NCBI GenBank assembly: GCA_050230475.1
Contig: JBFLGF010000077.1
Span: forward strand, 1 to 64,000
Direction: 5' to 3'
DNA from: Ancylonema sp.
Taxonomy: Eukaryota
DNA: 64,000 bases
The notes under the pieces were generated by a model that saw only the letters and a list, made by a program, of their open reading frames with translations, had not been told where the DNA came from and did not search any database. The position numbers and the translations under genes are program-made. Every line of letters begins with the position of its first letter. Position 1 is the stretch's first letter. Below, piece after piece: positions 27,543 to 39,980 of the stretch.

Positions 27543-28014
27543 TGTTAGACTCTATTGGATAGCCAGATGTTATGCTTGCTAGTCCAGTTGTAACCGGTTA
27601 CTCTAACCGCGAGCAATATTCTAGATGTGCCTGTATGCGGGGCCGGGCAAGTTTGTGCCCGGGCACCTGACATGTTTCCGACGCTTAGAGAAGAGACGAG
27701 ACGTTATTTGTTTTGTTTGACGCGTCGCGATTGGTTTGTTTAGTCGTGTCAGAAATGTCCGGCATGTCCGTTGACATGTAGAAGAGCTGTCAGTCAATGA
27801 TAGGCCGACGGTCAATTGTGCCGAGACCCGTCGGCACACAACAATCTGTAAAGCGCATCGGGTATTACCATCCCCGATGCAATCACAATATTAATTCGTT
27901 CCACACACGCAACTCCTGTCTCGTTGATCATCAGTGAAAGAGATCCTTTTGCGTACGGTTCGTTTTGTCGCCTACCTAATTATTCCGGCACGTCTAATCA
28001 CTCAAAAGCTTATA
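27543..28014 (+). repeat. Copia 3' LTR (TG...TA)
   Basis: Preceded by PPT GAGGGGG(TG) and homologous to 21419-21876 with several small indels. Confidence 0.93.
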
Positions 28015-30534
28015 ATGTCTTCCATACAGAAAATAGTATGGTGAATACCCGGTAGAGGCCTGTTTTGTCATGCGGTACCCCATGGCGACATAAGGTAGGT
28101 AAATGTCCCAATCCGTGCGATGTTCTTTTAGTAGGATTTTCCTTAATGATAGTTTCATCGTTTGAACCATGCGTTCTGCTAATCCATCAGATTGTGGGTG
28201 TTCTCGGGCTGCAGTACGATGTGTAACTCGATGTCCGACAAGTAAGTCGGTGAATGCCCCTTCAAATTTCGCGCCTTGGTCGGTGATGATTTCACCAGGG
28301 GCCCCAAAACGAGAAAGGACATGAGTGAGTAAAGCATGTACTGCTGATTTTGAAGATTTGTAAGGTAGGGCGATAAGTTCAACCGGTGAAATGTTCAATG
28401 CAGATCATAACGTATTGGTTTTTACGTGTACTTTCTGGCATAGGTCCAGCGGTGCGAAGTCAACTCCCCAACGGTAGAAGAGTCCCCGAATTGGTAATGG
28501 TTGTAGTTGGGTACGGCCATCAGCAAAGTTTGTTTTTGCTCGAGAATATGCTGGACATTCTTTAATGACCTTAATGACATGATTCCCCAGTCCATGCCAC
28601 CAGTAATCTTGTTGTAAAGCGTGGAGCACGCGTTTGACCCCAAAATGACCCAATCGTGTGTGCATGGTATTGATGTGAGGAGTTCGTTCTCGTGGTGGTG
28701 GAACAATTTTCATGTGTCCAGAGGTAGGGATTTTGTAAAAATATATCCCCATCCATCTGTATTTGAGAGCCCCTCGGTATGTACGGTCTCTTTGTTGTGG
28801 TGTCAAGTAAGGTAGGTATGCATGAGTTTTGAGAAGTGTCATTGTGGCATTATTATCCCAAATGTCCACTTTGACATCTTCTCGTGATGGTGTACCTTGG
28901 TAAAAACTCAGAAAGTATGATGGTGGATTTTGACCCGTGGATGAAGTTTGCATGTAGTAGCAAGGTGTTTTCTCCCCTAATGTTTCAATCTCATGGTTGT
29001 CAGTGGTTTTCTGTGGTAGTGGACAACGAGTGCACCCGTCGGCATTGGAGTTCGCAACACCGGGGCGATGAATCACTTCAAATTCATACTCGTGGAGTAG
29101 GAGTGCCCAACGCGCAAGTTTGCCGATGAGTTTGGTTGTAGTCATGATCCATTTGAGGGGTGCATGATAGGTAATGAGGGTAAATGGTTTACCAAACAGG
29201 AATTGACGAAAATGTTGCACCGCCTAAATTACAACAAGACACTCCCCGTGGAAGCTGCTGTAGTTCCGTTCCGCATTGTTACAGCTGCGACTAGCAAATG
29301 CGACTGCGTATTCGGTACCATCGTCATCTGTCTGACTCAAAACGGCACCTAAATCATGTGCACTCCAGTCGGTTGCTAATAAGTATGGTTTAGTAGTATT
29401 TGGTCTTCGGAGCACAGGCTCGGAACATAGTGCCTGCTTAAGTGCAATAAAGGTTGTTTCTTGCGTCTCGTCCCAATGCCATTTGACATCCCCTTTTTAA
29501 AGTCCGTTGAGTCGGGAAGCAATCGTGGAGAAATTTGGAACGAACTTGCGGTAATAGGAAAACAACCCTAGAGCAACACGAAGTTGATGAATATCCTGTG
29601 GTGTCGGCATATCCTTAATAGCTCTGGTTTTCTCATCTTGTGGTGCAATACTTTTCCCAGAGTTCTTATGGCATAAAAAATCCATTTCATCTGCAAAGAA
29701 AAAACACTTACTTGGATGACACTTCAATTTGAACTGCCGAAGGCGATGAAAGACTTGTCGAAGGTTTTGGAGGTGGTCCTCGAAATTATTGCTCCAGTTG
29801 CTGATGTCATCAATGTAGCATCGTGAGTTGCGGAGTCTTGCCAAAATTCGGTCCATGGTACGTTGGAAGAATGGTGGTGCATTCTTGAGTCCATATGGTA
29901 CGACATTCCATTCATAAAGTTGACGGTCAGCTCCCATAAACGCAGTTTTGCATTTGTCCGTTTCAGAGATATGGATCTGGTGGTATCCTTGTCGTAAATC
30001 CAATTTCGTAAAAAAAATCGCTTCTTTCATGTCTTGAAATATGTCCTCAATTCTTGGAAGATGATACTTGTCTTGTTGGGTGTGGTTGTTGATAGGTCGA
30101 TAATCACCACACCGGCGAAAGTCCGTTGGTTGTCCGTTCTCGTCCTTCTTTCGTACCACGACGGTTGCCGATGCGTAATTATTACTGTCACTTTTTCGAA
30201 TCATGCCTAGTTCTAGAAGTTTTTTACAGTTTTCTCGAACAAAACTCCGTTTGGTGTCAGAAAGACGATGGGAGTTTTGAAAAATTGGTTGAGCTGTTTG
30301 CGCCGGAATTTCCATAGGAGTATTGTTTGATGGGAGTAACTCTTACAGAGAAAATGCAAAGACAACGCGGTTTTCCTCCAGAAGGTCAATAACTTGGAGT
30401 TTTTGCTCCTCCGTAAGATTGTTGCCAATTTTCCATGTAATGGGTTTCACCTCAGTTTCTGGTGGTGGATCTGGGTTGGATGGACTCATGTTGTCATCGG
30501 TGACAGTTGTTGATTGATAATCGGTTTCACTCAA
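28015..30534 (-). pseudogene. Gypsy RT, RNase H and integrase of the DNMT-carrying element
   Basis: DYRPIN, KLDLRQGYHQI, YGLKNAP, CYIDD (RT); LATDWS, ASRSCNNAERNYSS, LARWALLL (RNase H); GHFG, WGVDF, ITDQG, HPQSDGLAERMVQ (INT). The reading frame resumes (LYGRH-PIFQ) at 21413 once the Copia and one TSD copy are removed. Confidence 0.93.
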
Positions 30535-30720
30535 TAGTGCTTGAGTGATCGGAATTGCATCCCGAGCAAGTTGTCGTTGCGCAGTTGAAGTGTGATGCTG
30601 GTGATTCCTATTGTTGTAAAATTCATTGGTCGTAGAATCGTAATGAAGTGTGTGGTATAATGGAGCAATAGAGTAGTTGCCTCCCCCCCTTTCCTTGGTT
30701 GGCCAGGTGGGGTGTGTACC

Positions 30721-31815
30721 CTATGCAAGGGTGTAAGATGGGAGTGCATGTATAGCCATGAGAATGCCTCCGAACCATTTAGCCATGTTGTGATCCATTG
30801 TGCGTCCCGACATTGCTTTCCGAGTATTCTCCGAAAAGCTTGGTGCACATGTATCTCCATTGTCAAAACCCATGAGTCGCTCACGTTCCCAGACATTTGC
30901 TTCCTCCCAGTCATGCTTTTTTGTGTTGTAAAGCATTCCAGGGCCTAGTTGATTGTACCCTTGCAACTTAAATTGGTAATTGCCTGGGTACGAGACAAGT
31001 GTCGGTAGTGCACGACGTAGTTCGCCAGTTTTGTTAACCGGAGTGAATGGTGGTTCATCATCTTTGAGTACCTTGTTAGGTCGATGATGTGGTTCAAGAA
31101 TGGTTGACAAAGGTGGTAATTCCGGGATGTCACGAATGGCCAGTTCCAATACATCTGGTGATATCCAGTTTGTCCATATGCATCGAACACGGTGGGCTGT
31201 ACTACCGAAACTGCATGCGTCGGCAACTGCTGGAAAGCCTAAAAAAGACTTGATGAGGGTATTTGTATTTCGAATTTCCTTCACCAGATCTCCAAATGGA
31301 TATGTGTTTTCCAAAATAAGTACTGGTGGGTATTTTTGAACTCTAATGAGATGGTTGATGGCTCGAATGAGGTCGAAGAAGTATGGAAATCGTCGATCAC
31401 AGTAGCCTTTGCCTTGTCCGGCTTTGCTGACCATTTGACATTCCCATCCAGCGAAGATGAAGTCAATAGGTCCTCGTTGTAAGATCAGTTCATCCAGATC
31501 GTTGTTTGATATTTTGGAAATATCATGAGAAAGTCGAGTGTCGAAACCTTTAATTGCACTGGTTGGCAATCGTCCTGGGTATCGAACTTGAAGTTTGGGT
31601 AATGTTGCACGAGTGATGTCGCGTGCGTCTTGGTCAATGTCACTGTGGGTATATGTACCAATGTTGTTTCCAGCTTCAAGGTGCATGATAGCGCCACTGC
31701 AACTCATGCCACCAAAAGGCTCCCAAATGTGTAAACCATATTGCAGCGCCTTAGGTTGTAACCGTGCTGTATAAGATGGGTCAATTGGTACAGCATCGCG
31801 AATCGGTATATACTT
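30721..31815 (-). CDS. Retrotransposon-encoded C5 cytosine DNA methyltransferase domain
   Basis: Motif I LHIWEPFGGMSC (just upstream of the listed ATG, same frame), motif IV IDFIFAGWECQ, motif VI LILENT, motif VIII DACSFGSTAHRVRCIWTN, motifs IX/X ERERLMGF...GDT and RKAMSGRTMD. No internal stop over ~364 codons. Confidence 0.85.
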   Translation of the reverse strand, partial: KYIPIRDAVPIDPSYTARLQPKALQYGLHIWEPFGGMSCSGAIMHLEAGNNIGTYTHSDIDQDARDITRATLPKLQVRYPGRLPTSAIKGFDTRLSHDISKISNNDLDELILQRGPIDFIFAGWECQMVSKAGQGKGYCDRRFPYFFDLIRAINHLIRVQKYPPVLILENTYPFGDLVKEIRNTNTLIKSFLGFPAVADACSFGSTAHRVRCIWTNWISPDVLELAIRDIPELPPLSTILEPHHRPNKVLKDDEPPFTPVNKTGELRRALPTLVSYPGNYQFKLQGYNQLGPGMLYNTKKHDWEEANVWERERLMGFDNGDTCAPSFSENTRKAMSGRTMDHNMAKWFGGILMAIHALPSYTLA

Positions 31816-32225
31816 CTATGCGTTCCATTGTGGTAATGGCTGGTTTTGTAGTTTGTCGATTGCCTTGCGCAAATACTGTGCGCTGTTGATACGCAAGGTT
31901 GTAAGTTTGTTGAGTGCATGGTGCTCATTTACTTGTGCCATTGTTCTGGCTGCCGCATTAAGTTGTGGTCGATGCGCTTGACGAATGTCTGTATGTTTGG
32001 TTGTAGCAAGGTAAACCATGGTATTGGTTTCCCATTCTTGCATCTGAGGTTGGTACTCATTGTCGATGGGTCCATCTGGAAAATGTTGTGGTTCGTGGTA
32101 TAATACACCTTCCATGATACGAAACTCAAATTCTGTCAAAAAGTCGGCTTCTTCTGTTGAATGTAACAAATCCTCGTTCGGAATTTGCATGAATGTGTCA
32201 GCAGAAGTGTACGTAACGCCTTCAT

Positions 32226-33527
32226 TCATGTATTGACAATGCACCGAATGCCGCGTGTGGCAAGGTAGATTTGACTTGAATTGAGGCACGGTGTGTACCT
32301 TGTTTCTGCCAGTCGACGCGACGAATGATGACTCCATGGATCTGTAATACCTCCTATTGGTCCCAGGAAAGTACTGCCCAACAAAACATCGTATTTGTCG
32401 GAAGGTGTCAAATGAAGTTTGGCGTTACCGAAGTTTGGTTTTTACCATGTCCACTGGTGATGGTATATGCTCTCTTGGTGGTCCCCAAAGATTGTTGATA
32501 TTTGCCATCTGAAGTTACGTATTCTTCTCCAGGATCAAGGTCTTGTGGTGTAGAGCTTGAGTTGTTTGGCAAATTTGATACCGATGGTAACATTCTCCGC
32601 ACCTGAATCAAATATTGGTAGTGAAGGTGTTTCTCCACCAATAGTGCGTATGGATTGACTAATGTCAGAGGTTGGTATATGCCAGTTGGTTGTCAATCTG
32701 GCGTTGCAAGGAATCACCGGCGGTTTGGTGTTTTTTGGTCCCATTATAGAGAGTGCCATTGGTGGTTGTGGCATCTCTACTTATCGAGGGTAATCATGTG
32801 GTGGTGGTATGTCTCCTTGAGGTGAGTCAAGTAACAAATTCCGTCGCCGTGGACAGTTGGTCATTGTATGTTCTGTTTATCCACAAAAATAACACCGTAA
32901 TTATTTTTCAATGACATCGTATGGTTCCTCAAATTCAGGTATGGTTGGTGCCTGATGTGGTGCAGACTCGAGTGGTGTCGAGGTACATGGAGGTGAAAAG
33001 TCTGGGTAGTTATCGATGGAATACCCCAGGTTATGTTCAATCTTCGTGACTGTTGTAGTCGTTCGAAGCTTTGTCATGAGTTTTTCTAGCACCCGTTCAA
33101 GTTGTTCATCAAAGATGTGAACAGATCCTATAGAAATGTCCGACTGAGGTGCCATAACCGTGTAAGCTGGTGGATCAACTTCTTTAGTCTTAGGCTGCGC
33201 GTATCGTGTGAAAGCCAATGTAGCTTTCCATACCTCCTTTGCTTGAAGCAACTGAATGGTGAGATGGCGAGGGATGTGCTCCTGCTGCCACTCCTGCTTC
33301 CTGTATGTTTGTATCATCTGGACGTGCGCCAATGTTTGTTCTCGCATATGAGGTGGCAATAGGTGTACCATTTGGTTTTGTTCCTCAATCTGACTCTGAA
33401 TGAGTCCCAGTTTGTAAAATCGAAAATCTTGTCCCAGATCTGTTGTTATGGAAAACATAGATTTCTCTGATGTTAATTTGTTCAACATGTATTCAATTTT
33501 TTGATGCTCTTTCGACCCAATGTCCAT
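32226..33527 (-). pseudogene. Gag (with CCHC knuckle) and aspartic protease of the DNMT-Gypsy element
   Basis: Gag-like ORF 32901-33527 continues past a stop into RCYFCG*TEHTMTNCP. Protease motif IFDSGAENVTIG (~32590-32620) and YDVLLGSTFL. Confidence 0.75.
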
Positions 33528-33919
33528 GATTGTAAACGTCTATCATTGAATTGTATGAGAAGTGTATATCGTCAATAAAGTAGTGGTCAGGAAAGACAAA
33601 TGATGTACAAGAAAAAAATTCTGGTCACAATGTTTGTTCCAAACTTTTAGTTATCGAAATCAACGTCTTCCACGGTCGGATTGAAGTAGTATTGCCGATT
33701 GAGTCTCTGCATAGATATCAATATTATATATATCACACGTCTGAGCGGTCTGCTGAAATTCACTACTTAACGCTGAGGGCAAGCTAACATATGGTTTACA
33801 GTTCAGAAGTCTGTGAAAATATTGTAAAGCAAACAATATAGTCTGGTGCAGACTATCGAGGTTAACAGCCGTAAGAGTTACTTTCGGTGCGAAAGCAAAG
33901 TATCGACGGCGCGTCGATA

Positions 33920-34155
33920 AAAGATGCTGGCTCAGAAAGAGCGTCAGCAGACAGGTGTAAACACGTGCTGGCTCGGAGCGAGCGGCAGCAAACACACACA
34001 CACAAATGAAATTTCCGTTTCGGAGCGAACGCGGGCAAATCGACAGATTCTTTACACACACACGCACGCTTGCTGGCTCAGAGAGAGCGTCAGCGAATCG
34101 ATGTAAGAAATTACAGTCGATCTCACGGCTGGCTCAGAAAGAGCGTCAGCAACAG
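33920..34155. repeat. Repeated GCTGGCTCAGAAAGAGCGTCAGC motif (4 copies) in the putative 5' leader of the DNMT-Gypsy
   Basis: Copies at ~33926, 33967, 34072, 34128. Confidence 0.7.
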
Positions 34156-36462
34156 ATTCAGATGAATCAGATTACACACACACAAATTGCAAAGAATGAT
34201 TTGCGAACTTACTGTCTGGCTGACGGATGTCAGGGTGAGATGAAAGACGAGCACATTGCGAAGTCGCGTAAGCGAAAGGATGCAATATTCACATAAGTGC
34301 AAGGATTCAAATAACACAGAAGATTGTTGGAAGAGATTTCTCAACAGCGCAATCTGACAACGGAAGCTGGCAGATCTGAAAGTACAAATTGTCTTTTATC
34401 AAAAAGTTGTTGCGCGGTGCCAACTGGCAGAGTTAACTAGAGTTAAACTGTCGAAGATAACGACAGGCTGGCTTCTAGAACATTACAAGTAATCTCGGCG
34501 CTACGATGAAACGGCGCGAGATATTACTCTAGTTCTACGGCTGGATTTAATCGCCGGAATGATCGACAAGTCGAAAGAGACTTGTGATTTTAACAAAATC
34601 GACACGCAACTATTTGTTGAAGACTGCTGGATTCTAGACTTCGGAAAATACGCCACGCGTTATTTTCGAGTCGTACAATTTTCGTATTTCACTATTTTTC
34701 TCGTAAAGTACTAATTCTAGGAGATCGTTATATCGAATACTCTCGTTATAGCACAATATTAATCTAGAGGGGTTTATGAACAATCTAGAGGGGTTTCGCC
34801 TTAGCGATCTCTAGCGTCATGACAAGTGTGTCGAGTTATTTAAATTTGGATCATCTTTCTTGTGGCTTCTGAGGGTAATTTTATATTCACCGAATTGAAA
34901 CTACAAATATTTGAGATCTCTCGTATTCAGGGTCATCCGTAAGTTACTTGAGTTTTCCCAAACCCGGGTCCTAATGTGTGTACCGTACTTTATCCGCTTA
35001 TCGTTTCTCCCAAGTCTGTTTCCAAAACCATGTGGATATTTCGATGGAGAAATCCGACCTGTGTCTCCTTGGGATTATGATTGAAATCATAAAAAAATAA
35101 CGACAAACATGTTGTAATAGTAAGGATTATCAATTGACAACTAGAATACAACCACTCCTCATGTTCCATTGTCAACCACGATGTTATACTACTAATCATG
35201 ATGTTGTACAACCATTGATGAAGTTATATTGCCGGCCATGTATGCAAAAGCATAATGGACGAGTAACTCAATGAGATGGCACCACAGTTGATGAGAAAAA
35301 GAACCTCGGGATTATCATATTTCTCCTATATCGAGGGTTCAGTGCTCCGGTACACCCGGAATTGAATTAAAACTTCGTCATTCGTTGTTGAGGCACTACT
35401 CTTCATAGCAAGGGGCCATCGCACACACGAACAACATAGAAATAATGGAATTCGTGTTGAAATTTTGTTACGGATTCATGTGGTAAAGTTTAGCTCAAGC
35501 ACAACTGAATTCCGAAACGATACGACTTATGACCAATCTCTTAGGCACCCCTCCCGGGAGATTTAGTATCCGAAAGGTGAATACAAAATAAAATACCGTC
35601 CACCTACACGTTACACATGACAACAATAAACAGTGAAGGCATGACTCATGTCAATGTGTCAGATTAGGGTACCGCTGGCGTGTCTCGAACTTCAGCAGGA
35701 TTTAGAGGATAGATTGAGCGAATGCCATGGTCGCAATTGTACAAACATCGAACTAACAAACGTAAAACCTACATAAATTTTCGCCACACACGACTCGGGA
35801 TGCATTTGAAATGTTTGGAAGACTTGATGAACCGAGAGGTTTTCATGAAGATGTGGTGGTTGATGAAGTGCGTGGGAAATTCCGAGTTCTTTCTTTAGGC
35901 AACAAAAACAAAATCGCGTTTCCGCGCGTTAATGACTCTTAGCGTTGACCTTCACACAGAGTGGTGTACGGTTTTGTACGAGAATCGTCTTGTACGGTAT
36001 TTATGACCTCGGAAACTGTACGGTCCCCACAAAAAGAAGGTTGCCCATAGGGAGGGTGGACCGTAGTCAACTTTGACCGGGACTGGTGTCCAAAGTTCCT
36101 CCACATCACTTAACTGACTCGATTGGCGGACGGTCGTAAATACAAAGAATTGAATCAATTATTTCTCACCACGTGGCTACTAACGTCGCTGCCAGTTGTG
36201 AAATCAGATACGCTACCATTCAGCGTCCAGAAAATTCAGGAAGGCCATGAATCAATCGTGGGAGACATGCCAAGAAATACTGCCAAGAGCGGGTACCGAC
36301 TCAGAGCTATTTCTTCCGTTATTGTGTTGTACCTTTTCCAGCTCGGGCTCTCTGTGCCACCTTGTTTTCCATCAGCACGTCCCGCTGCCTGTCATCTATC
36401 GGACACGGAACTTGACCCTGCTGGAGTGATATACAATTTTCCACCTTACCAGATCAACAATA

Positions 36463-36851
36463 ATGAAGGTCTGTCTACTCGTTGGCGTCATCCTTCTACT
36501 GTTTACTCCAACAGCTTCGTCAGAGAAAAATTATTACAAGGTAAGCTATTTTCGTTGTTCGGAAACTTGGGCATGGGGTTACAATTCTAGGAAACGTCTA
36601 GAGAAAATATCGTTTTCTTGGCAAATCGAATTCACCATTCAAATGTGCCGTGATAATCTTATTTTATTCGAACGACGGATCGTGCGTCTGTTATTAGAAC
36701 TTCGTCCCATACAAATCTGGACTGTGTGTACAATGGTATTAGTGCAATTTTGATTCCTTGGATTCGTACGCTGAATTGGAGCTCGTTTCAGGTATGCGAG
36801 CATGAAGGTCACCACCCACCTGGAAAACCACCGATGAGTAGGCTTCTTGTA

Positions 36852-36948
<97 letters not shown>

Positions 36949-39900
36949 GGCATCTCCTCTGCGTCATCACTAGATCATATATGATACTGCAGTTCTTGTG
37001 CTGAGTCTTCATCGTCGCCGATATGAGTGCAGACCCTCGGAGTGTCTCGCGACGCCAGCGATAGAGACATCAAGAAATCCTTTCACAAGTTGTCGTTAAA
37101 ATATCATCCTGATAAGAATCCATCTAAAAGCGCACAGGCTAAGTTTCAAGAAATATCCGCAGCGTATGATATTCTGTCTGACGGAGAGAAGAGAAAGAAG
37201 TATGACCTGTATGGCGCGGACGTCCCAGTGGCGCCTCCTGGTGGGGGGCCAGCTGGCAGCAGCTGGACGGGTTTCCCAGGTGGTGCAGCTGGGGGCCCTG
37301 GGGGAGGGAATTACAGACAAACATTTCAGTTTCAATCCGGTGGCATGCCATCTGGCGGGAACTTATTCGGTGACCTATTCGGTGGCATGGGGGGCTCACC
37401 GGGTGGGAAAAAGTTTGAATTCAACATGGGGGACATGGGGAGTATGTTCAGTGGGTTCGGTGGAGACGGTGGAATGGGTTCAGGGTTTGGCGGGCAACGT
37501 ACTAGCGATAGCACGGTATGGAAGGCGCTAAAGGGGGTCAAAAAATTAGGAACGAAGGACTTCACATCGAAGGTGGCGGATTCGGAGCAGCTGTGGCTGG
37601 TGGTGTTCTCGTCCTTGACAGGTTCGGAGCTACAGAATGCTAAGCCGATGTTGGAGGACGTGGCCAAGGACTTGTCGGGCATGATCATGGTAAATAACGG
37701 CGCACTGTGACGAAGTTCGATCGTTACATAGTTTGGTCGAAGTGCATGTTGGTACATGGTGGTGTGTTTTTGTGATGATGAGTTCAGAAACATACAGAAA
37801 CTGGTTTGCAGAGTGAAGCCTGTGGCTAACACACAAAGGGGAGAGGATGTATCTGTGACCAAAACCAGAAACAGAACGAGAGTTACTGCTGATGTTTCAA
37901 AACATATTACAAGCCTCCCTGTATTGCACCTTCTCTCTTCTTGGCCAATGAGAATGCAAACACTTTTTGAATCATCACAGTCCTCCACCTTATGGGCTCC
38001 GCTTGATCTTTATCTATTAGGGCAGTAGAGGCAACTGCGAAAAACCTCAGACATAGCACAGTACGTATTAGTATAAGTATAAGCATATTTCTAAACATAC
38101 CCATTTTTCAGCCGTAAGAATTTCATTTCTTTCCATTTTTCCATTTGTTCATTTCATTTTTCAGTAGTAATCGCTGCAGAGAGTTGTACATTCCACAGCT
38201 CGTCCCCCTTGCAGTTTGCAGTGTGAGCTGTGCAAATCGTCCCTCACCTCTGTATATCTGTCCCTGTATTCTCTTTCTATTCCAGGTTGGAGCAGTGAAC
38301 TGATTGGAGGAGAAGAAGCTCTGTGCAAAGTATAATGCACGAGGCCAAGCTGCAGCCCTTCTCTTTCCGTATGGAGTGAAGGAAAAGACGAAACCAGTTC
38401 CATACAGCGGTTCATTATCAAAGGGTTCTGTGGTGAAATGGGCCAAAGAGCACATCCCAGATCATTCCATACAACTCGATCCAAGCAAGTTCGAGGCACA
38501 ACTTGCTTCTTCCCCTCACTTGTCTCGAGCGATTCTTTTCACAGACAAGGAGAAGACTGGTGCGCTCTGGAAATCGCTGTTGCTGTCCCTCCAGGATCGC
38601 GTTGTGCTTTACAATGTAAGCATTCTGCACATGATGCTCTCTGTCAACACTGGCAGGGTTCGGCAGGGCAGGCAGGGTGGGTCACTGAACAAGTGGACTT
38701 ATTGAAGTACAAAGATTGGACAAATTTCAACTTGTAGTCGCAATCTTCCGCTCAGACACCACTTTCTTTGTTTGAGAGTCATTTATGAACATATGTTTGA
38801 CTCAAGCACTATGGCAACTCCTATTCGATATAATGTCCATCTGCATTGGTACACAGCAGGAGCACTGGCAGGGTCGGTCATATACATCTCTCAGCATATT
38901 AGTGCTACGTGCTACTGTACTCCAGGCTAATACTTTCACATTCATATAAAATCAGTACTCGTGTTCCCATTCTCTTCTTCTGTTACAGACTGACTTGTTT
39001 TCCTTTCTCAATTACACCTCTCTATTCCCGTTTGCTCAGAGCTGCAGCAGGCAACAGGAGCCTATTCTACGGAAGTTCAAGGTTACTTCTTTCCCAACCA
39101 TTATTGGAGTCGACGGCAGTGGGAAGGAGGAGACGTACACAGGAGAAAGCAAGCTAGAGCCCCTTACAGCCTGGTTACAAAAACTGGAGAAGAAGTCCAA
39201 GGGTGCGACTAGGAATTGGGGCTGGGGTTCGAACTCGGAGACAAAATCCGAGGTTGCATTGGAGAAGAATGGTATCGGTTTCCTGACGAAAGCCAATGAA
39301 GGACGGCTTTGTGGGCCCAATAGCGCTCTGTGCATCATTGCTCTAGCGTCAACTCCAGCTCAAAGTGAACAAGCAAGCAGTATTCTGCACGCGGTAAGCG
39401 TACCACCCGCTTTGTGTTTGTGTTTTATAAGGGAGCTGAAATATCACTGTAAAGCTTTATGCCGTGCTCATTTTGTTTATCTGTATGGGGGCACTGGTTG
39501 GGACTCGGGGAGAAGGACAGGGAGGTCGCTGGTATTTCACATATTCATTCAATACTAGCTCTTATACTTCACTTCTCTTCTGAAGCAGCACCTTCACTTC
39601 CTGCATGCTCGTCTAGACAGAAGGGGTGAGTTATAGCGTCATCTTACGGGAAAATGTAGTAATCAATTCGTATGTTCCATCCATGAGTGTAGGTGTCGCA
39701 AAAGACTTTGTTACTCTCACGGAGCCAAACATCTTCGGCTGGAGGAATATCTTACAGCTTACTGGACTTATCGACTCAGAAGGAGGCTCTAAAAACTTTT
39801 TCGGCACTTTCAACCCCTGGTAAAGGGCAATTAAGCATACTTGCATATAAACCAAAGAGGCAGAGTTACAAAGCCATGGTGGGGCATGTGGGGCTGGAGG

Positions 39901-39980
39901 AAGTGGAGTTGTTTATAATGAGATTGATTGATGGGGAGTTGAGATTTGATAAAAGCAATGGTCCCCTACTTTTGAAGTAA
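36463..39980 (+). CDS. ER-targeted DnaJ protein with thioredoxin-like folds (ERdj3A/TMS1-like), 5 exons
   Basis: Signal peptide [20 protein letters not shown], then [13 protein letters not shown]...KYHPDKN...YDLYG, a G/F-rich region and Trx-like folds without CXXC. Approximate exons 36463-36540, 37033-37689, 38286-38615, 39040-39392, 39693-39980. Confidence 0.85.
36856..36945. repeat. (GA)n microsatellite, ~45 units, in DnaJ intron 1
   Basis: Directly visible. Confidence 0.97.

Larger units (their letters stand above)
21419..28014 (+). mobile_element. Full-length Ty1/Copia LTR retrotransposon (degenerate ORF), nested in the Gypsy integrase
   Basis: TSD ATGTC at 21414-21418 and 28015-28019. 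Two ~460-470-bp LTRs. Gag from 22134 with CCHC knuckles, PR (ILDSGATDHI), INT (WHHKLGHPS, IHLDLIGP, IRTDKGGEY, PEQNGICER), RT (YKVRLVAQG, QMDVITAFLHG, KALYGL-like, HVDD), RNase H (YCDASW, TDSTSA, QPADMLTKAL). Confidence 0.95.
20773..34819 (-). mobile_element. Ty3/Gypsy retrotransposon with Gag-PR-DNMT-RT-RH-INT-PHD architecture, decayed, interrupted by a Copia insertion
   Basis: Domains are collinear on the minus strand (see sub-features). G-rich PPT candidate at 20773-20784 and weak PBS-like TGACGCTAG at ~34811-34819. LTR pair not identified, so boundaries are approximate. Confidence 0.85.

Noticed and set aside
30721..31707. Prokaryotic restriction-modification methyltransferase or contamination
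   Set aside because: In frame with Gypsy Pol domains, no endonuclease nearby, and the context is eukaryotic.
19700..35600. LTR pair for the DNMT-Gypsy element
   Set aside because: Candidate PPTs (20773-20784, ~20619-20628) and a weak PBS (~34811-34819) exist, but I found no matching direct repeat or TSD by eye.
36639..37012. ORFs with SLSLSL runs
   Set aside because: Translation of the (GA)n microsatellite.
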